Shown here: positions 47,724-56,726 of the stretch, piece after piece
How positions within the stretch are numbered: position 1 is the stretch's first letter
Layout of the letters: every line of letters starts with the position of its first letter
From: an uncultured Candidatus Rokubacteria bacterium
GTDB taxonomy: Bacteria; Methylomirabilota; Methylomirabilia; Rokubacteriales; CSP1-6
Direction of reading: 5' to 3'
Length of the DNA stretch: 64,000 nt
NCBI GenBank assembly: GCA_963771355.1
Contig: CAVYTA010000005.1
Location: forward strand, 544,001-608,000
Notes under the pieces: generated by a model
Told to the model about the DNA's origin: nothing
Databases searched by the model: none
What the model saw: the letters and a program-made list of their open reading frames with translations, nothing else
Program-made: the position numbers and the translations under genes

Positions 47724-47842
47724 TCGAAATCCTTGCTAAATTTGACAGATTTCGAGCTTTCCCTTGACTCGCCCTGATTGTCTCTGATAAGTTGCGCCCT
47801 TAGGGCGCAGCCGTTCCTACCTATCCTGGTGCCCACGAGGTC

Positions 47843-48736
47843 ATGATGGCGCAAACCATTGGATTCATTGGACTAGGAATCATGGGTCGCCCCATGGCCA
47901 AGAACCTGCTCAAGGCCGGGTACGCCCTGGTCGTGCACAGTCGGAGCCAGGCTCCGGTCCAGGAGCTGGTGGGCGCGGGCGCCAAGTCGGCGTCCTCGCC
48001 ACGGGAAGTCGCCGGCCAGGTGGACGTGCTGATCACCATGTTGCCGAACTCGCCCGATGTGGAGCTGGTGGCGCTGGGCAAGGACGGCATCATCGAGGGT
48101 GCGCGCCCGGGCCTCCTCTATCTCGACATGTCCACCATCTCTCCGCTCGTCTCGCAGAAGGTCGGGAAGGCCCTGGCGGCGAAGGGCGTGCGGATGCTGG
48201 ACGCGCCGGTATCGGGCGGCGAGAAGGGCGCGATCGACGCCGCGCTGTGCATCATGGTGGGCGGCGAGAAGGCCGACTTCGAGGCCGCGCTGCCCGTGTT
48301 CCAGAGCATGGGCAAGACCATCACCCACCTGGGACCGCTCGGCGCCGGCGGCTTCACCAAGCTGGCCAACCAGATCATCGTCGCGGTGAACCTCACCGCG
48401 CTCGGCGAGGCGCTCACCCTCGCGCGCAAGGCGGGGCTCGATCGCGAGCTGACGCTCAAGGCGCTGGGCGGCGGGCTGGCCGGCTCCAAGTGCCTGGAGC
48501 AGAAGACGCCGAACTACGTGTCCGGCTCGTACAAGCCCGGCTTCAAGATCGACCTCCACTTCAAGGACCTCGGGCTCATCATGGAGTCGTCACGGGCCCT
48601 GGGGGTGCCGCTGCCCGCCACCGCGGTGGTGCAGGAGCTCTTCAACGCCATGCGCGTGAAGGGCCGGGGCGGGCTCGATCACTCGGGGGTGATCACGCTC
48701 CTCGAGGAGCTGGCGGGGTTACCGGAGAAGGCATGA
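47843..48736 (+). CDS. glxR: 2-hydroxy-3-oxopropionate (tartronate semialdehyde) reductase
   Basis: GFIGLGIMGRPMA, DAPVSGGE, KLANQI and PGFKIDLHFKDL motifs. Confidence 0.85.
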   Translation: MMAQTIGFIGLGIMGRPMAKNLLKAGYALVVHSRSQAPVQELVGAGAKSASSPREVAGQVDVLITMLPNSPDVELVALGKDGIIEGARPGLLYLDMSTISPLVSQKVGKALAAKGVRMLDAPVSGGEKGAIDAALCIMVGGEKADFEAALPVFQSMGKTITHLGPLGAGGFTKLANQIIVAVNLTALGEALTLARKAGLDRELTLKALGGGLAGSKCLEQKTPNYVSGSYKPGFKIDLHFKDLGLIMESSRALGVPLPATAVVQELFNAMRVKGRGGLDHSGVITLLEELAGLPEKA

Positions 48737-49761
48737 GGGCCACCGTCGACCGGCCGGGGCTCGACTCGCAGGGCCGCTCCCCGCTCATCAAGATCCGACG
48801 CGTCCGGAAGGGGGATCTCTCCAAGGTCCGCGACGTGATCGAGCAGTCCTTCGCCGACTTCTTCGAGCGCCAGATGGGCACGCGGCCGCGCCAGGTTTTC
48901 GGAGGCGCCCAGTACGTCCACCACCGCTGGCTCATGGAGCCCTGGGGCTGCTTCGTCGCCGAGGAAGGCGACGGCAAGATCGTGGGCGCCGCGGTGGCGG
49001 TGATGTGGGGCACGCTCGGTCTGATCGGGCCGGTGGCGGTGCTGCCCAACTACCAGAACCAGGACATCGGCCAGCAGCTCGTCGCCGCCTGCCAGGGCTT
49101 CTTCGACGAGAACAAGGCGGCGATGCACGGGCTCGTCACCTATCCGCACAGCCCGAAGCACCTGACCTTCTACGGCAAGTTCGGCTATCGCCCGCGCGGC
49201 CTGGTGGCCATCACCTTCAAGGCGCTGGACCGCCGTGAGATCGTGCAGGCCACCCGTTCCGTCCGGCCGGGACTGGCGGTGCGCCGCTACTCCTCGCTCG
49301 AGGAGGCCAAGAAGAAGGCGGCCATCGTCAAGGTGCATCGGATCACCAACGCGCTCTGGCGGGGCATGGACGTGGGCAAGGAGGTCGAGATCGTGGACGG
49401 CCTCGCCCTCGGCGACACCTTGCTCCTCGAGAAGGGGCGGGAAGTGATCGGATTCGCCATCTACCACACGCCCGGCGTGAGCGAGGCGCCGCACGGCTCG
49501 CTCTACGTGAAGTACCTCGCCATCGATCCCCGGCACCGGAAGCCCGAGCACCTGCACTTCCTCCTGGGCGCTCTGGAGGACATCGCGCACGAGGCGCAGT
49601 TCCAGCGCGTGATGGCGCCGGTGTACACCTACTACTGGAGCGCGCATCAGGTGCTCGTCGAGCGCGGCTATCACATCGACTTCACCATGGTTCGCATGAA
49701 GCGGGGCAAGCAGATCGAGGACGAAGATCCCGGCGACCTGGTGCTCGACGACTGGCGCTGA
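48733..49761 (+). CDS. GNAT family N-acetyltransferase (tandem GNAT)
   Basis: AVLPNYQNQDIGQQL and FYGKFGY motifs. Confidence 0.8.
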   Translation: MRATVDRPGLDSQGRSPLIKIRRVRKGDLSKVRDVIEQSFADFFERQMGTRPRQVFGGAQYVHHRWLMEPWGCFVAEEGDGKIVGAAVAVMWGTLGLIGPVAVLPNYQNQDIGQQLVAACQGFFDENKAAMHGLVTYPHSPKHLTFYGKFGYRPRGLVAITFKALDRREIVQATRSVRPGLAVRRYSSLEEAKKKAAIVKVHRITNALWRGMDVGKEVEIVDGLALGDTLLLEKGREVIGFAIYHTPGVSEAPHGSLYVKYLAIDPRHRKPEHLHFLLGALEDIAHEAQFQRVMAPVYTYYWSAHQVLVERGYHIDFTMVRMKRGKQIEDEDPGDLVLDDWR

Positions 49762-49765
49762 AGTC

Positions 49766-50176
49766 GTGACGCGCTCCCGCCTCCGCGTGGGGCGGCGCCG
49801 CGGCACGGCGGCCGGCTTCGCCGCACTCCTCCTTTCAGGTCTTCTCGCCGGCTCCGCCGGCCCCGCGCACGCGCACGCCATCGTCCTCGAGGCCTCCCCC
49901 GCGCACGACGCCGTGCTCGCGGCGCCCCCCGTGCGCATCGTCCTGCGGTTCAACAGCAAGATCGAGCATGCCCTCAGCCGGGTCTCGCTCGAGACCGCCG
50001 CCGGCCGGCCGGTCGTGCTCCCGGTCGCCCGTGCCACGGAGCTGGATGCCGCCCGCCTGGTCGTGCCGCTGAGCCCGCTGGCGCCCGGCACCTATATCGT
50101 GCGGTACCGCGTGCTCGCCGCCGACGGCCACGTGACCGAGGGGGCACTGCGCTTCACCATCCGGGCGGCGCCCTGA
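49766..50176 (+). CDS. copC: Copper resistance protein CopC
   Basis: Signal peptide, mature N-terminal HA and C-terminal DGHVT. Confidence 0.88.
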   Translation: MTRSRLRVGRRRGTAAGFAALLLSGLLAGSAGPAHAHAIVLEASPAHDAVLAAPPVRIVLRFNSKIEHALSRVSLETAAGRPVVLPVARATELDAARLVVPLSPLAPGTYIVRYRVLAADGHVTEGALRFTIRAAP

Positions 50177-50180
50177 CGGC

Positions 50181-51792
50181 ATGACGCTCCTGGCCGGCTT
50201 CCTCGACGTTCTCCTGCGCGGGCTCGGTCTCATTGCGCTGTCGGCGGCGGTAGGCGGCGTGGCCTATGCGCTGGTAGTGCTGCGTGCGGTGTCCACGCGC
50301 CCGGCAGTCGGGCGCGAGCCGGTCGCGCGCGAGGCGCTCGGCCGCGTGGGCGGCCTGGTGGCGCTGGGCGCCCTGCTACTGGCTCTGTCCCGGGCGGTGG
50401 TGCTGTTCGTGCTGCACCCGTGGGTGCTTGCCGACGCGGACGGACACTGGCCGGTGGTGGACTTCGTCGCCACCGAGTTTGGCCGCGCCAGCCTCGTCGG
50501 TATCGCGCTGGCGCTGGCGCTCGCGGTGGTGGCGGCGCGCCTGCGCCGCCCGCCCACCGCGCGCGTGGCCTGGATGGCCGCCGCCACCATCGCGGTGCTG
50601 GTCCTCGCCAACTCGGCCTGGCTGGCGCATGCGGTGAGCCGGCTCGAGGGCCGCGGCCCGCTCATGCTCGCCACCGTCTTCCATCAAGCAGGCGCGGTGA
50701 TCTGGATGGGCGGGCTCATGCACCTCGCGCGGTCCTGGCGCTGCGCCGCTGCCGCCGGGGGCCCTGGCGCGCTTCTCCCTGCTCGGCATGGCGGGCGTGA
50801 TCCTGGTGGTGGGTCCCGGCCTCGCGCTCGCCTGGGGCTATGTCGGGACCCTCACCGCGCTCATCGGCACCGGCTATGGCGTGATGGTGCTCACCAAGGT
50901 GGCCCTCCTGGCGGTCGTGCTCCTGCTGGGCGGGCTCAACTTCCTTCTCATCCGGCGCTGGACGCGGACCGCGCAGGATCCGTCGCCGGTGCCACGGCTG
51001 CGGCCGTTCATCGAGGCCGAGGTGGGGATCGGGATCACCATCCTCCTCGCCGCCGCCTCCCTCACCTCGCTGCCGCCCGCGGTGGACGTGGTGACGGACC
51101 GCGCCACCCCCGCGGAGGTAGCCGCGCGCTTCGTGCCCAAGCTCCCGCGGCTGGTCTCGCCGCCGGTGGAGCAGCTCCTCGCGGCCGCGGCGCCCATCGA
51201 CGACACGCTCTCCACGCGGCAGCCCGAGGAGTATGCGTGGTCGGAGTACAACCACCACGCCGCGGGACTCTTCGTCTTCGCCATGGGTGTGCTCGCCCTG
51301 CTCGAGCGGACCAGTCGCGCGCGCTGGGCTCGGCACTGGCCGCTGCTCCTGCTCGGGCTGGCCGCCTTCCTGTTCGTCCGGAACGACCCGCGGGCGTGGC
51401 CGCTGGGCCCGGCGGGCTTCTGGGAGAGCATGGTGCTGCCCGACGTCCTCCAGCACCGGCTGGTAGTGCTGATCGTGGTGGCATTCGGCCTCTTCGAGTG
51501 GCTGGTGCGCATCGGCATGCTCGTGCGGCCGCGGTGGCGGCTCGTCTTTCCCGTTCTGTGCGCGGTGGGCGGCGCCATGCTGCTCACGCACTCGCACGCC
51601 ATGTTCAACCTCAAGAACGAGTTCCTGGCCGAGGTCTCGCACGCGCCGATGGGCGTGCTGGCGGTGCTCATGGGCTGGGGCCGGTGGCTCGAGCTGCGCC
51701 TGCCGGCAGAGGACCGCGCGCTGCCGGGCTGGGTCTGGTCCAGCGCCTTCTGTCTCATCGGCGCCATCCTCCTCGTGTATCGGGAGACCTGA
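50181..51792 (+). CDS. CopD-family protein with C-terminal His-rich membrane domain; apparent frameshift near 50735-50750
   Basis: AHAVSRL and FHQAGAVIWMGGL in one frame; TGYG..LTK, EAEVG and WSEYNHH in another; paralog of 15207..16826. Confidence 0.8.
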
Positions 51793-51797
51793 GCGCG

Positions 51798-52922
51798 GTG
51801 ACCCGCCTCGAGGGTTTCGCCACGCCGGCGGGCACGGCGGCCTACCGCGCGCGTGTCGCTGCCACCACGGTGCCGACGCACTTCCGCGCCTGGGACGGCC
51901 TGGCGCTGTCCTCCATCGGCATCGGGACGTATCTGGGCGGCGAGGATGCCGCCGCCGACCGGGCGTACGAGGCGGCGCTGACCCGCGCGCTGGAGCTGGG
52001 CGTCAACGTGGTGGACTCCGCCATCAACTACCGGCACCAGCGGAGCGAGCGCGCCATCGGCGCCGCGCTGCGGGCCCTGGTCGCGGCGGGAAAGCTCGCG
52101 CGGGACGGGGTGCTCGTCGCCACCAAAGGCGGCTTCCTCCCCGGGGACGGCGTCGCGCCTGCGCGGCCGGAGGCGTACTTCGCGGAGACCTACGTGCGGC
52201 CGGGCATCCTGGCGCCGGAGGACCTCGTGGCCGGGTCCCACTGCCTGGCCCCGCGTTACCTGGCCGACCAGCTCGAGCGGAGCCTCACCAATCTCGGCCT
52301 CGCCACCGTGGACCTGTACTACCTCCACAATCCCGAGACGCAGCTGCAGGAGGTGGAACGTCCCGTCTTCACGGCCCGCATGCGCGCGGCCTTCGAGTTC
52401 CTCGAGGGCGCCGTCGCCGCCGGCAAGATCCGGCGCTACGGCGCGGCGACCTGGAACGGCTTCCGCCAGGATCCCTCTGCCCCGGACTATCTCTCCCTGG
52501 CCGACCTCGTCGCGCTCGCCACCTCGGTGGCGGGCAAGGACCACCACTTCCGCGTGCTGCAGCTCCCGTACAACCTGGGCATGACCGAGGCGTTCACCAC
52601 GCAGAACCAGCGCGCGGGAAGCAAGACGATGAGCCTCCTGGGGGCGGCGCGCCGCCTCGACCTCTTCGTCATGACGTCGGCCTCCCTGTACCAGGGCCGG
52701 CTCGCGCGCGGGCTCTCCCCGGTGATCGCGGAGTTCCTGCCCGGCCTCGAGACCGATGCCCAGCGCGCGATCCAGTTCGTACGCTCCACACCGGGCGTGG
52801 GCGCGGCGCTGGTGGGGATGCAACGGCTGGCCCACGTCGAGGAGAACGCGCGGCTGGGGCGCGTGCCGCCGCTCCCCTGGAGTCGATTCAAGCGCCTCTT
52901 CCAGGGGGAGGAATCGGCTTGA
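51798..52922 (+). CDS. Aldo/keto reductase
   Basis: SIGIGTY, DSAINY, ATKGG and DLYYLHNPE motifs. Confidence 0.9.
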   Translation: MTRLEGFATPAGTAAYRARVAATTVPTHFRAWDGLALSSIGIGTYLGGEDAAADRAYEAALTRALELGVNVVDSAINYRHQRSERAIGAALRALVAAGKLARDGVLVATKGGFLPGDGVAPARPEAYFAETYVRPGILAPEDLVAGSHCLAPRYLADQLERSLTNLGLATVDLYYLHNPETQLQEVERPVFTARMRAAFEFLEGAVAAGKIRRYGAATWNGFRQDPSAPDYLSLADLVALATSVAGKDHHFRVLQLPYNLGMTEAFTTQNQRAGSKTMSLLGAARRLDLFVMTSASLYQGRLARGLSPVIAEFLPGLETDAQRAIQFVRSTPGVGAALVGMQRLAHVEENARLGRVPPLPWSRFKRLFQGEESA

Positions 52923-52995
52923 ATTCCGCCGGGCGCTCGGGCTACGGTGGGTGACGTGAACGGCCGCACTCGGCGACGCCCCCCGGAGCCCTGAC

Positions 52996-53757
52996 ATGGT
53001 CAGCAAGATCCATCACGTCGGCATCGTCGTCGAGAAGCTGGACCATGCCTACACGTTCTGGCGCGATACGCTGGGGCTTCCCCTTCTGCGCGAGGCCGAG
53101 ATCCCGGACCAGGGGGTCCGCGCGGCCCTGCTCGCCGCCGGCGACAGCGAGGTGGAGCTGCTCGAGCCCATCCGGTCGGACAATGGGGTGGCGCGCTTCC
53201 TCGCCCGTCGGGGCGAAGGGCTCCATCACCTCTGTTTCGAGACCCCGGACGTCGCCGGCGCGCTCAGCGCGCTCCACAGCCGTGACGTGCCGCTGCTCGA
53301 CGCGGCACCCCGCGACGGGCTCGCCGGCCGCGTGGGTTTTCTCCATCCCACCGCCAGCCACGGCGTGCTGGTGGAGCTCGCCACCCCGTCGCCCTCGGGG
53401 GCGCCGCCGGAGTCGCCGGTGCGCCTCAAGCGCCTCGTGATCGGTTGCACCGATCCGCAGGCGGCGGCCCGGACCTATCAGGAGCTCTTCGGGCTTCCCG
53501 AGGTCGAGATCAACGGTGGCCCTCGCGGCATGCTCGGCTGGGTGGGCGGCGGCACGCTGCTCATGGTCCCCGCCGCCGAGGTGGGAGGCATGCAGGGCAT
53601 GGTCGCCTTGTCCATGGTCGCGCCCGATCTGCGCGCGCTGGTGGTCCGGCTGGAGGATGCCGACACCAGGATGCTCGTGGGCGCATCGGAGCTCACCGTC
53701 GAGCCGGAGTCCTCGCACGGCGTGCACCTGCACATCAGCCGATACCACTTCCCCTGA
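52996..53757 (+). CDS. Methylmalonyl-CoA epimerase-like VOC protein with extra C-terminal domain
   Basis: HHVGIVV, ELLEP, GEGLHHLCF and HGVLVEL motifs. Confidence 0.78.
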   Translation: MVSKIHHVGIVVEKLDHAYTFWRDTLGLPLLREAEIPDQGVRAALLAAGDSEVELLEPIRSDNGVARFLARRGEGLHHLCFETPDVAGALSALHSRDVPLLDAAPRDGLAGRVGFLHPTASHGVLVELATPSPSGAPPESPVRLKRLVIGCTDPQAAARTYQELFGLPEVEINGGPRGMLGWVGGGTLLMVPAAEVGGMQGMVALSMVAPDLRALVVRLEDADTRMLVGASELTVEPESSHGVHLHISRYHFP

Positions 53758-53767
53758 TCGGATCGCG

Positions 53768-55015
53768 GTGACGGGCGGGCGAGGTGGCGACACCGGCTGG
53801 CTCGTCACCCTCTGCGTCGCCCGCGCGGGCGCGTCGGTGATGTCCATGGCCTTTCCTACCGTGCTCGCCGCGGTGCAGACCGAGTGGGGCCTCAGCAATC
53901 GCGCCGCCGGTTCCATCAGCTCCGCGTCCCAGGCGGGCACCGCGCTGTCGCTCGTCGTGCTCTCCGCGATGGCCGACTACTGGGGCCCGCGCGCGGTGTT
54001 CCTCGTCTCGTCCGCAGTGGCCGCCGCGGTCGCGCTGCTCCTGCCTGTGCTCGCCCAGGGTCAGGCCTCCGCCTTCGTGCTCTTCTTCGTGATGGCGGTG
54101 GTGGTGGCGGGCAGCTACACGCCGGGCGTCATGCTCATCGCGGGCCGATTCGAGCCCGGGCGCCGGGGCGGGGCGGTGGGCTGGTTCCTGGCGTCCTCCT
54201 CGGTGGGATATGTGCTGGCCCTCGCGGTGGGCGGCTGGGTGGTGGCCGCGGCCGGCTGGCGCGCCGCCCTCTGGGCGCTCGCGCTGGGCCCGCTCCTCTG
54301 CCTCGTCCTCTCGATCGCGCTGTTTCGCGAGCGGCGGCCCCCCGCCGCCGCCGCCCCGCCGCGCTTCAGCCTGGACACCGGCCTCGGCGGCAACCGCGCG
54401 GGGCAGTTCATGGTGGCCGGCTACGTCTTCCACTCCTGGGAGCTCCTGGGCATGTGGGCGTGGACGCCTGCCTTCATGGCCGCCGTCCTCGTCGCCCACG
54501 GCGCCACGCCGGAGCGCTCGGCGGGGCTGGGGGCGGGGCTCTCCGCGCTCTTCCACGTGATGGGCATCGTGGCGGGGAGCACCGGCGGCTGGCTCTCCGA
54601 TCGCTGGGGCCGCACCGCGGTGATCGCGTGGATGATGGCGGTGAGCACCCTGTGCTCGTTCAGCTTCGGCTGGATGCTCGAGACGCCGGTGCTCGTGGTG
54701 GCGCTGCTCGGCTGCCTCTACGGCTATGCCGCGCTGGGCGATTCGCCGGTGTACTCGACCGCGCTCACCGAGACGGTGCCGCCGGCCCGGCTGGGGTCGG
54801 CGCTGGCCGTCCGCTCGCTGCTGGGCTTCGGCGCGGGAGCGATCTCGCCGTGGGTGTTCGGCTGGATGCTCGATCTGCTCGGAGGGCAGGCGTCCCCGTC
54901 GGCCTGGGGGTGGGCGTTTTCCATGCTGGGAGTGGGCGGCGCGCTCGGCCTCGTCACCGTGCTCTGGCTCCGGCGGCTGCCCGAGGCGCGCCGCCTGGCG
55001 GGGGGCCGGCGGTGA
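53768..55015 (+). CDS. MFS transporter
   Basis: About 12 TMs; ADYWGPR and SDRWGR motifs. Confidence 0.9.
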   Translation: MTGGRGGDTGWLVTLCVARAGASVMSMAFPTVLAAVQTEWGLSNRAAGSISSASQAGTALSLVVLSAMADYWGPRAVFLVSSAVAAAVALLLPVLAQGQASAFVLFFVMAVVVAGSYTPGVMLIAGRFEPGRRGGAVGWFLASSSVGYVLALAVGGWVVAAAGWRAALWALALGPLLCLVLSIALFRERRPPAAAAPPRFSLDTGLGGNRAGQFMVAGYVFHSWELLGMWAWTPAFMAAVLVAHGATPERSAGLGAGLSALFHVMGIVAGSTGGWLSDRWGRTAVIAWMMAVSTLCSFSFGWMLETPVLVVALLGCLYGYAALGDSPVYSTALTETVPPARLGSALAVRSLLGFGAGAISPWVFGWMLDLLGGQASPSAWGWAFSMLGVGGALGLVTVLWLRRLPEARRLAGGRR

Positions 55016-55428
55016 GCCCGGGCCCGGGGCGCATCCGCGGCACCGGCGCCGGACGCAAGACCCGGCGCAGCCTGGAGCGGGGCGGGACGGGCGCCGCCGG
55101 TGAGCTCAACGCGCAGCTGGGGAAGTGGCCGCGCGTGCGCATCACCCCGATGTTCGGGCGCTGGGGCTACTTCGTCGGCGACCAGCTCTTCGCCTGCTTC
55201 CCCCTCCGCACCAAGGACACCGATCTCTGGATCCGCCTCACCCCGGAGGAGCAGAAGCGCGCCCTCCTCGTGCCCGGCTTCACGCCGCACCGGCGCTTCG
55301 CCGCGCGCGGCTGGGTGGAGTGTGAGGTGGAGACCTCGCGCGACGTGGGTCGCGCCATCCGATGGCTGCGGCGAAGCTACGACGCCGTCATCCAGTCGGT
55401 GGAGCGGGAGGAGCGTCGGTCGCGCTGA
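55012..55428 (+). CDS. TfoX-N/MmcQ-like small protein
   Basis: PMFGRWGYFVGDQLFA, GWV and WLRRSY motifs; GTGA overlap. Confidence 0.65.
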   Translation: MSPGPGRIRGTGAGRKTRRSLERGGTGAAGELNAQLGKWPRVRITPMFGRWGYFVGDQLFACFPLRTKDTDLWIRLTPEEQKRALLVPGFTPHRRFAARGWVECEVETSRDVGRAIRWLRRSYDAVIQSVEREERRSR

Positions 55429-56692
55429 GGTCCGCCGGCGCGGCGGGCGGGTCCGCGGGCGCGCGCGCCTGGGCCTCGATCCGGTCGACGTCGAGGAGAG
55501 GAACCAGCACCCACGCCAGCGCGGTCACGGTGGCGGAGATCCACACCAGCGGCGTGTAGCCGTACGTCTCGTACAGGCGCGCCCCCACGTTCTGGGAGAG
55601 CTGGGTGCCGGTGTTGTAGACGGACATGAGCAGCGCGAAGAAGGTCGCCTCCACCCGGCGCGGGCAGGCCTTGGCGGCGAGGTCGAGGAAGGCGAGCTGC
55701 ATGATCATTCCCACGCCCCCGAAGAAGGTGTCGATGGCGATGGCGGACACCGGGCCGCGGTAGACGAGATAGCAGAGGGTGCCGGCCACGCCCACCCCGA
55801 TGGACCAGTTGAGGAGCCGCCGGAGCGGCATCCGTCTCGACAGCGGCGCGTAGACGATGGCCCCCAGGACGGACGCGGCGGAGTTCAGCGAGGCGAGCAG
55901 GCCGATGAAGTGCTGGCTGAAGCCGAGCACGTCGGCCTGGTAGTAGAGGAAGGCGGGACCGAAGGACGGGCTGAACGTGTAGAAGAAGAGGAAGCCCGCC
56001 ACCATCCAGACGTTGCGGTGCGTGAGGGCCTCGCGGATGGCGCGGGCGGTGGCCCGCAAGGCGGCCAGGTCGCGCCGAGCGCGGGCCTCGTGGACGAAGA
56101 AGAGCGCCATCGCGAAGGACACCAGCGGGAAGCAGGCCGCGATCCCGAAGGCCAGGTGGAGCTCGCGCGTCGCCGCGAGATGGCCGCCCACCACGCCGAT
56201 CAGCACCGCCGAGCCGGTGATGCACGCCCACTGTACGGCCTGGAAGGCGCCGGTGAGTCCGAGGGGCCGGCCCGACTCCACCATGAGGGCGTCGGTGAGC
56301 ACGTCGGTGAAGGCGAGCCCGAAGCCCATGATCGTGAAGAGAGCGGCCATCCACCAGAAGGTCTGCACCGGCGTGAGCGCGAGGCAGATCCCGGAGAGTG
56401 CGGCCAGCGTGCAGGTGAGGAGGAAGTAGCTCTTGCGCCGGCGGCCGAACAGCGGCACGAAGTCGGAGATGAGGCCATAGATGGGCTTGATGAACCAGGG
56501 GATGCTGCTGATGAGGAAGAAGCTCGCGACCTGACTCGGGGTGTAGCCCTGATCCTTGAAGAAGACGGTGATGACCTGGTTGGGGAGATACCACATGCCC
56601 TGGGAAAAGTAGACGACGCCGAAGAGGAGGGCGAGCCGCTGAGTTTCCCGCGTCCGGAACGGGGAGAGCCGCTTCAGGCGCTGGCGCATCAT
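55388..56692 (-). CDS. MFS transporter, folate-biopterin (BT1) type
   Basis: PWFIKPIYGLISDFVPLFGRRRKSY, DVLTDALMVE and CPRRVEATFFA motifs. Confidence 0.88.
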   Translation of the reverse strand: MMRQRLKRLSPFRTRETQRLALLFGVVYFSQGMWYLPNQVITVFFKDQGYTPSQVASFFLISSIPWFIKPIYGLISDFVPLFGRRRKSYFLLTCTLAALSGICLALTPVQTFWWMAALFTIMGFGLAFTDVLTDALMVESGRPLGLTGAFQAVQWACITGSAVLIGVVGGHLAATRELHLAFGIAACFPLVSFAMALFFVHEARARRDLAALRATARAIREALTHRNVWMVAGFLFFYTFSPSFGPAFLYYQADVLGFSQHFIGLLASLNSAASVLGAIVYAPLSRRMPLRRLLNWSIGVGVAGTLCYLVYRGPVSAIAIDTFFGGVGMIMQLAFLDLAAKACPRRVEATFFALLMSVYNTGTQLSQNVGARLYETYGYTPLVWISATVTALAWVLVPLLDVDRIEAQARAPADPPAAPADLSATDAPPAPPTG

Positions 56693-56726
56693 CCGGGATT
56701 ACAACCCGTGTTACCCTTGAGCGTCA

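Noticed and set aside
50181..52922. 913-aa CopD-aldo/keto reductase fusion
   Set aside because: Artefact of the frameshift near 50740; the real CopD C-terminus is ORF 50788..51792 and the AKR starts at 51798
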